From the human T2T-CHM13v2.0 reference genome, Homo sapiens: DNA of 64,000 bases. Under the pieces are notes generated by a model. That model did not search any database. It was given only the letters and a program-made list of their open reading frames with translations, and was not told the origin of the DNA. The stretch's first letter is position 1, and every line of letters begins with the position of its first letter. The stretch is taken from assembly GCF_009914755.1 (NCBI RefSeq), contig NC_060928.1; one strand, given 5' to 3'. Shown piece by piece: positions 54,363-64,000 of this stretch. Position numbers and translations under genes: made by a program.

Positions 54363-56034
54363 TACAGCGTTGTATATATCATGTTTCGATTAGTTGGAAG
54401 AGTAAGGCATGGGTGTGATAGGTAACAGGTTGACTTGACCCAGTAAAATTTTTTTCCTTAAATCCTTTAATCTCTGTGTGTGTATAAATCACAATCTTTG
54501 ATATGAAGAGCAATGTCAGGGAAAGTGAGGAGTAAAGAAGCAAGGGAGTTGGATATCCTTCACCCCTTCCACTGGGAGCTTGGGTAGAGCTAGAATTTTG
54601 GCGTCACGCTGGTAGACCATGGTGCCCATGTCTTTCCACATAAAAACTCCCTCTCTTTCTAAGGAATTTTATGTTAAAACTCAGCACTTTAGGAAAGGTT
54701 TTCTTGAGTTTCATGATGATGTGCTTTTTAAGTTACCTGAAGCTACACATAATTGTTAGTATAACCTGGAAATTCTAGAAATTAAAAGGCTGGCACAATT
54801 ACGATTTTTCTATGTACAGAGGAAGTACTAAATATCTGTACTCTATGAGGAGACATAAGACATGAGGTTTAGAAGGAATGGTCTGTGTCTTTTGAGGAGT
54901 TTGTAGTCTACTTTGGTTTAAATATTTATACTTTTTTTTTAAAGGAAAATTGGAAGCTCATGAGTTTGGCCTTATCTGGTTTCTGCCTGCCTGGGAAGCC
55001 CCCTATCAGATTACTTTCCTCATCTGTCTGCTTCTTTCAGTAACTTGGCCCTCCAATGTTCTTTTCCACCTTAGTGCTTTCCATAATGTATATTCCTTCT
55101 CTACCTAGAAATTTCATTTTATCTGCTCAGATTCCTAATTATATTCACACTCTTTCTTAACTTAAATGTTACTTTGCTTAAAGACATTTTCCTTGGCCCT
55201 TCAGACTGTATAAGGACCTCTCTGAAGTATTTTCATAGCATCTCATAGTGCTATTTCAGAGCATTTATTTTATTGTAAAAAATTGTGTAATGGTTTGTGT
55301 TATACCTGATCTGTTTTCCTGTATCAAAAATAAAATTAGGATGAATCTAAAAGTTTATTGTCATAGAAAAAGTACAGATCAGAATCCAGGAGACTTCAAA
55401 TCAAGTGGGAAGAGTGGTAAGAAGCTTGCACTCACCAGTAACAGCACAGCTTATAAGGATAAAGGAGGAAGCATTTTGAGCTTTTCCATTATTGGTCCTT
55501 ATACATTAAGATTTTGTTGGGGGGTGGCAAACAGCTGTTTAAGTTGATTTGTCTACAGTTGATTGGCTTAATTTCACGGAATCATACTAACAAAAATGTA
55601 AAGCTTATGTTTTATATTTATGATTAGAGCATTTCAGGGAAATCAGGATGACTTAAGTTTTGGTTTATGTGGTTATGGGCAGTTGGTCTTGATGTATATC
55701 TAAACTGTGACTTCCATTTTTATTTTATTTTTTTTTAACACCTGTAAGATCCATGATGGCATTTAGTGGGTTCTCAACAAATATTTGTTGAATGAATGAA
55801 TATTTGCTTAGGAAAGCTTTATGTAAGAATCCAAAACATTTTCTAATTGAAGAGTAGGTTGGATGGATGAATGAGGTCACTTTTAGAGAACTGTGAATAC
55901 CTATCTGTGTTGATTGAATTGGAGGTACCAGGGTTTTCTAGGTTCTTAGGATTGACATAATTAAAGGGGCATTTTTTTTTTCAAATGTTAATTCAGTAAT
56001 GGTTGTAGAATGGATTGTGTACAGGACAGTCTAG

Positions 56035-56490
56035 GTTAGTGGCCTCAAACTTGATCATGTAGAAGAATTACCTGTGTGTTTTGTAAATTCCTGGCTTTTA
56101 TTCCACCTTCCCCAGAACTGGTTCAGGCCACACTTAAGCACCTGAAGTATGCTGATCCAAATTGTAACATGCTGCAAGTGTAAAATACCAGATTTCAAAG
56201 ACATCTAAACTAATGGATATAAAGTATTATGTTAATATGTTTTCTAATTGATTACATCTTGAAATAATATTTTACATTCATTGAATTAAATAAAATGTAT
56301 TATTAAAATGATTTCACTGGCTTCTTTTTAGTTTATTTTCAGTGTGATTACCATGACATTTAAAATTATGTATGTGACTCGTATATTTTTATTGGACAGT
56401 ATTTGTCTACAGTGTGGGGTATAGAGAATGACATGTTTTAACAAGCATTCCAAGTGATTCTGATGCAAGTTCTTAGACCAGTCTCTAAAA
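56035..56490. mobile_element. MER3/MER33-like element nested in a MER5-like hAT fragment
   Basis: gtgtaaaataccagatttcaaagac...atatttttattggacagt flanked by ctcaaacttg...agaattacctg and tttaacaagcattccaagtgattctgatgca. Confidence 0.65.
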
Positions 56491-57648
56491 AACAAGATAC
56501 TGTGATGGATATTTTAGCCTGCAGGGCTAGGAAGTTGAGTGTCTGAAATAAATGGATGCCAGAGAGGTTGAATAAGAAGAGATACTTTAGGAAAAGACAT
56601 TTTGAAACAAGGACTGAGTTGATGATTGATAATGGAAGAATGAAGCGGTAGTTCAGATAAATCTGAGGTGCCACATCTGCAATACAGGGTAGTATTTGAT
56701 CCACATTATGGTAGAAAGAGCTGCCCAAACTCTGAACTCGTACTAGTTCTTATTTATCAAAGTAACACCCAAGATTCTAAAAGCTTTGGAGGGACTTCTT
56801 CCACATTAACTTTTGGGAACTTGATTTGCCATTGACCGCATCTTATCAAATACATGCACACTTATCTTTACAGAATGTTTCAAAACTTGTTTTCAGTTAC
56901 TTTAACTTACTTTTCTTTATAATTCAATGAAATCTTTTTAATGTGTATTATTTAGGGGAAGCCTATTTGGACAGGGAGAAGAATAAATTAAGACTTTTTT
57001 CTGAAGAAAATTCAAGCAGAATGCATAACCAAACAAACTCATATTAGTAAAAGAGATAAGGTGTGTCATAAACAGCCCTTTATTTCATATTAAGGTGCTA
57101 AAAATAGAAACAATTTTCTAAAGCTAAAATCAAATAAAATTTTAGGTTGAAAGTGACTTAATTAATGATTAGTTGAACAACCTTAAAGATATGGAAACTG
57201 AGGTCCAGAATGGCTATACAGTTTGTCTAAGATTCAGTATCTTGACAGTGGTATAGTTAGCAGACAATCTAGGGTTTCTGACTTAGTCTCCTTTTAAATT
57301 ATATCCATCTGAAGACATTCTGAAAAATGTTCTTTTTCAAAGGTTATTTTGAAAAAAAACAACGGCTTTTAGGCTAAGGATTTTTACTCAATAACCTATA
57401 CACATAACTTGTCAAAAAAAATGGCAGTTATTTAATACGAACCATAATTTTATGTAGATACACAAATACTTACAACTGCCACAAGGTGGCACCGTATGCA
57501 TGCGAAATACTACCTTTTAATACCAATAGTACATGTGAATGTGCTTTAGTTCAAGGAAAAATGAATTTGTTATTTTCTAAGGTACTAATATGTGTGGAAT
57601 ACTTCAGAATGACATGTGGAATCATAATATATTACAAAACTGGTATCC

Positions 57649-57949
57649 TTTTTTGTTTGTTTGTTTTTTGAGACAGAGTCTTGTTCTGTCGCCCAGGCTG
57701 CAGTGCAGTAGCATGATCTCGACTCGCTGCAACCTCTGCCTCCCAGGTTCAAGCAATTCTCCTGCCTCGGACTCCCAAGTAGCTGAGACTACAGGCACGT
57801 GCCACCATGCCCGGCCAGTTTTTGTATTTTTAGTAGAGACGGGGTTTCACTATGTTGGCCAGGCTGGTCTCCAACTCCTGACCTTGTCATCTGCCCGACT
57901 TGGCCTCCCAAAATGCTGGGATTACAAGTGTGAGCCACCATGCCTGGCC
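57649..57949 (-). mobile_element. Alu (AluS-like)
   Basis: Antisense Alu; TSD aactggtatccttt. Confidence 0.94.
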
Positions 57950-58037
57950 CAGAACTGGTATCCTTTTAAACATTTAATATCCTCTTAAGCATTTAGTATA
58001 GATGCACACACACACACATACTGAAAGCATACATACA

Positions 58038-58265
58038 CAGGTTGAGCATCCCTAATCTGAAAATCTGAAATCTGACATGCTGTAAAATCTGAAATGTTTT
58101 GAGCATTGATATATAATGCTCATAGGAAATGCACATTGGAGCATTTCAAATTTTGGATACTAAATCAGTAAGTATATATAATGCAAATATTCCCAAATCC
58201 GAAAAAATCCAAACTCAGAAACACTTCTGGTCCCAAGCATTTCAGATAAAAGGGTACTTATCCTG
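58038..58265. mobile_element. Tigger4/MER46-like MITE
   Basis: caggttgagcatccctaatctgaaaat...gcatttcagataaagggtacttatcctg imperfect TIRs. Confidence 0.8.
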
Positions 58266-58287
58266 TGTGAGGTTTTATGTATATGTG

Positions 58288-58293
<6 letters not shown>

Positions 58294-58328
<35 letters not shown>
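58294..58328. repeat. (TG)n microsatellite
   Basis: About 17 TG units. Confidence 0.95.
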
Positions 58329-58330
<2 letters not shown>

Positions 58331-61300
58331 ACATACACCATTTAATTTGCTTCTTACTTAGAAAACATTTTTTAAAGTATATTATTATTCTCATAAACTT
58401 ACAGAGTTTTTTTTTAATCAAATAGAAGTTATTTTATTCCTAAGGCCAACATCTTGAAACAGAGCAGTTTCTTTTAAATTTTATAAAACAGTAAGGGATA
58501 CTTATTTTTATGATAATTTTAATAAGAACAAATTTTGAAAAAATATTTTTGCCCATATATATTTGATTATGTCAGTTTGAAAATTTGCTTTTTTAAAAAA
58601 TCTTTCATAAAACTTAGTGTTATTCTGTTTGTTGTATCATACAGATTATTTTTCATTTTATGTGAGGGCAATAATTAAATCTGTAATTTTCTACTTTGAT
58701 TACTTAGGGTTTATTTTGTAGATTTTTTTCATGGGCCTAAGAATTAAATTGCATAATCTACATCTCCTAAAGTCCCCTCCTCTCCCATACTTTTCTCCTA
58801 AGGCCTCTTTGATTTGGGTTTGCATGCTCAAAAAAATAGCACCACAAATTTGATTAATAACATTTTATCAATAAGCCATGGCTTAATAAAGTCAACAGGT
58901 ATGTCTCCATACTGGCAGAATTCATAATTTTTAATGATCCAGTTGCATATATAGGCTATTAAGATTTTAGCTGTAGTAAAAAATACTAAATATTATTGAA
59001 AAAATAATAATTCCATAAGGTCTTGTTATGAAAATTACAGGTAGTTTTTTTTTCCAGAAAGCGGTACCATGTTATAGTATGATTTTATTTTGATATTATA
59101 ATTTTATTTTGTCAGTGGTATGTAGTCACTTAGTCTTCTCATAGCTCAATCACAGGTAGAGAAAGAATTTGAAAGGTAGATGATAATTTATTAATATGTG
59201 ATCTTCAGAGACTGAATATATCTGTAGGCCATATATATGTTGAATATATATGTGGGCCATATATATGTTGAATATATATGGAATATATATTATATAGACT
59301 ATGTGTATATGTATATGTATAAATATATATGAAACCTGGGTGCAATCAACTGGATTTGACAGCACAAAATATTTTAAAATATAATTGAAATTCAAAACAG
59401 CTCAGAATAGTTGCAGATATGGAAACTGGCAACACAAAACCTTTGTGAAGCAATAATAAACCACAGTCCTATTAAAATGAATACAAATAAATTTAATGAG
59501 TTAAATGATTTTATAATTACTTACGAAATTTGGTCAGACATTTTATGCCTGTAGTAAATTTTCGCTGGTTTCTTCTAAATACATTGTATGTAGGATTATT
59601 TTTATTATTGCTTAATATGTAAATATTGGTGAATTCTGCTAAATCTGTCAACTCATAATAAAACTAAGGTGTTCTTTGAGTAAGTAGGAAAATATTTCTT
59701 AAAGAGTTCCATACATAAAATAAATAGACTACAAATTGGGGTCTTTCTTGAATATTTGTCAATACCATTTTATAAGACATTTGTAGGTTGAAAAAGCTTT
59801 CTGAAAGCATGAAAAATCACTTTATATTTGTTTATATTTTTCTATTTAGATAAACTCAGCTTTTTTGACTGGAACGGTTTTCTCATAACTTGCCTTGTGT
59901 TTATAGCTCATTCAAACAATAAGGTAGTCAAGCCATATTTATCAGGTTTCAGATCAGTCATGCACATTAATTCCATTATTTGTGCTGAACTTTTCAATTT
60001 ATAAATTGAATATGACTTTTTTAAAATTCTTGAATAATGTACCCTTTTAACATCAGCCAACAACAACAAAAAGGCTTACTGAACTTGAGAGCTTTTGGTT
60101 TAAACTTGGAGATCAAGTGGATTAAAAATAAATGGTGTCTTTCATGATTGCTTAATCCTAATATGTTTACAAATACAGATTCTAACTTTTTGCACTCAGG
60201 TAGATGGCAATTCTCTGTTTTAAGGATCTTTCTTAATCTCTGTTACAACATCATCAAAATAAAAGAAAATTTGAAGTTTTATTTAATTAAGAATATTTCC
60301 AAGAGTATACTTGTAGACTATAGTATGAGAAACAATAGATCATAGCATTTAGTTATTTTAAAATGTATCCACAGAATTTTGAGATTTAAATGTAAAGTGT
60401 GGTTATTAATTTGTATAGTTAGACGATAAGATAGGCTCTTTTTGTTTTTGGAATTTTACATTAAGATTCATTAATTTTGAGCTATTTTAAGAATAATAAG
60501 ATTCTTATTGAGTTAGTCTACATTGAAATAAGAAGAAATTATAATACTTAACTCCCAAAAGCAGCCAAAAGTACTCATAACATAGAAGATGAACATCTTC
60601 GGGACATTGTAGGTGTAGCATTCCACACTTACAATGCTTGCCTGCCTGACTTAGGAAAAAGATCAGGAGTGTGGGAAAGGCAGGTCATAGTTCTACTTAT
60701 GCCCCAAGTACACTTGCCTGTACCTCCTGGGAGACTGGAACTTGTAGGGAGATTATTTGAAGCAATCTGGAAATGTGAATGCACCTTTCTCTTCTCTTTC
60801 TCAAAGGTCTTGTTTTCCAAAATAGTGTGTACTATCAGTAACAGAAAAAGTTATGAATATACTTATGTAAATGTTGGTTATTTATCTCTAAATTATAAAC
60901 ATTTTCCACAGTGTTAGGTATAGCATATGTGTTTAAATCATACCAGTTGTTCGAAATTAAGAAAGATGAGAAATACTTTTAAAATAATTCTGTTTATATT
61001 ATTAGAAAATAAATTATTTTTACTTTCACTAAATATATTAATAACCATATTAAGATTTTTGCAGTGAATATGTTTCATTGCTTTTAAAAATCATGGTTTA
61101 ATTATTTTTGAAAGAGTGGTTTACAAGTCTAATAATTCAGCTTATTTTAATAGTTTTTTTGTTTGTTTTGGGGGGTTTGTGTTTTTTGGCCAGCAGAGCT
61201 AAAAGAGATACACCACAAAGATATGAAGGTCCAAATGGAAGAAAGTACATTGTTGACTTCTTATTCTTTTTATTTACCTGTATTAGCAATTATGCAAAGT

Positions 61301-61628
61301 TTTTGCTGAAAAGGGATTATTAAATTTCAATTTAATGGTACCAATTAGGTGTTCTTACAAGCTGGTTAAAAAGTGACATATGATATTTTAATAATTTTAA
61401 TGAATGTGTTCAAAAACAATGGTTTAAGCAGTTTTTTAACCCTTTTTTTTTTAAAAAAATATCAAAACAATACCTTCCTATTAGTTTGGGAACTAATTAA
61501 ATGCATTGTTTGACCTTTTAGTTAGTTTTGGAACTAATTTGTAATTTAGAAAAATTATAGTTTAGAGAACTCTGTTTCCAAACTTTTCAATTGTACAGAT
61601 GAGACTTTTTTAAAAAATAGTTTATCCA

Positions 61629-62487
<859 letters not shown>

Positions 62488-62823
62488 ACCTTCTGACATG
62501 GAGACTGTGTGAGTGTGCAATGTCAGTCCATTTTTTGAAATCCATTTTTTTAGTAAAGCTTATTTTCCTAGGTTAAAACATAAATTAAATAGAAGTTGTA
62601 ACATTCCTTCCTATACTCCCAAAAGGATTGTTTTTTGCATATATTCCACTTTGGAAGCCACTGATTTTGAGGATGTTTGCAGAAACCTTATTGATTAGGG
62701 GATGAGGCACCTGAGTTGGGAATAGTAGTGTTCCGTGCTTGTCCTCTCTTCTAGGTAAATATGGAATAGACCTAGTTAGGATGGCTGACCTGCATGCCTA
62801 TGTGGAAATTTGAAGTATCATTC

Positions 62824-63113
62824 TTTTTTTTTTTTTTTTTTTTCTGAGACAGAGTCTTGCTCTTTCACCCAGGCTGGAGCGTGGTGGCACCATCTCAGCT
62901 CACTGCAATCATCGCCTCTCAGGTTCAAGTGATCCTTATTCCTCAGCCTCCTGTGTAGCTGGGATTACATGCATGCACCATCACACCCAGCTAATTGTTG
63001 TATTTTTTAGTGGAGACAAGGTTTCGATGGTCTTGCACTCCTGGCCTCAAGTGATTCACCCACCTTGACCTCCCAAAGTGCTGGGATTACAAGTGTGAGC
63101 CGCCATGCCCGGC
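62824..63113 (-). mobile_element. AluJ-like
   Basis: Antisense diverged Alu; TSD tatcattctttt. Confidence 0.92.
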
Positions 63114-63459
63114 GTGAGCTATCATTCTTTATAATGGACTTTGCAGAACAATCCTGTAAGGAAAATACATTCTTATTGGGAAGGAGTGCTCCAGACTCTT
63201 GAACCCCATCTATTTACCACTGCCCAAAGCACAGAATAAAAGCCATCTTAGGGGTTTCAACAAATCCTGTCATAAAAGTCCACTTAGATCACATAAAAAA
63301 AAAAAACTTTATTACTGGTTGCATAATGAGGGAGTGTCATGGTCTTGTCTAAAAGAAGCAGGAATCTCCAAGCAATCTACCAACAGCAGAGATCACATGC
63401 AGATATGTCAAAAAAAGATGTTAGCCTAGCATGTTCCAGAGAAACTTCTTAGAAGCAGA

Positions 63460-63990
63460 CTATCTGGACAATTTAAGAAGAATTATATAGGAGTTATTTT
63501 CCTTATCGGTAAAATGGATGTAACAATAGTACTTGTCACATATAATTTTTCTGAGTATTACATGAGATAATTTAAATGAAGCTTTGGCTTAATGCTAATA
63601 TGTTATTGTTATTGTTTTATTATTATATTGTTACTGTTGTTGTTAATAAGACAGCTTTTCACCACTTTTCCACGCACCTTTCCTGGGTTGGTACATGTTT
63701 AGTTTAGCATAACTAAAGGAGGCTTTAGATAATACAACTTAAGGCACAGATGAGATAGAAACTCTTATAACATATATAATAATGATAGCCAACATTATTA
63801 ACCACATACTATCTGCCAGGCACATTTCTATGTGCTTTACAAGAATCATTTTATTTAATCCCTCATTAGCTCAAGAGTTAGATACTACTATTACCTGAAT
63901 TAAGTTACAGAAGGAAGTTGAATAATTTAGCTAAGGTCACCCAGCTAGGAGAACTGGAGTCAAATCCAAGCAATCTAGATGGTACCAGAA
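63460..63990. mobile_element. MIR fragments
   Basis: gtaaaatggatgtaacaatagtac... and tgccaggcac...atttaatccctca...aaggtcacccagctagga. Confidence 0.65.
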
Positions 63991-64000
63991 TATGAATCCT

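Overview
Primate, most likely human, genomic DNA: about half Alu, L1, L2, MIR, MaLR and Tigger repeats, with no prokaryotic features. The only intact protein-coding gene is the 5-exon spindle-checkpoint gene MAD2L1 on the minus strand (CDS 46217-52831, 205 aa). It has a CpG-island promoter carrying CHR, E2F and NRF1 motifs that looks bidirectional. The main hidden signal lies downstream of MAD2L1 on the same strand: six colinear, phase-compatible exons (22970 down to ~4713) of an intron-containing ARHGAP20-like gene (PH and Ras-association domains). It is disabled by a frameshift and three splice-site lesions, and its RhoGAP exons should lie left of the window. Other notable structures are a compound ~780-bp palindrome split by an Alu (7422-8200), an inverted Alu pair in the distal MAD2L1 3' region, and a nested L1M > Tigger1 > MADE1/Alu stack. 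Homology and repeat-family calls come from recall of protein and consensus sequences, not from a search. Repeat boundaries are approximate.
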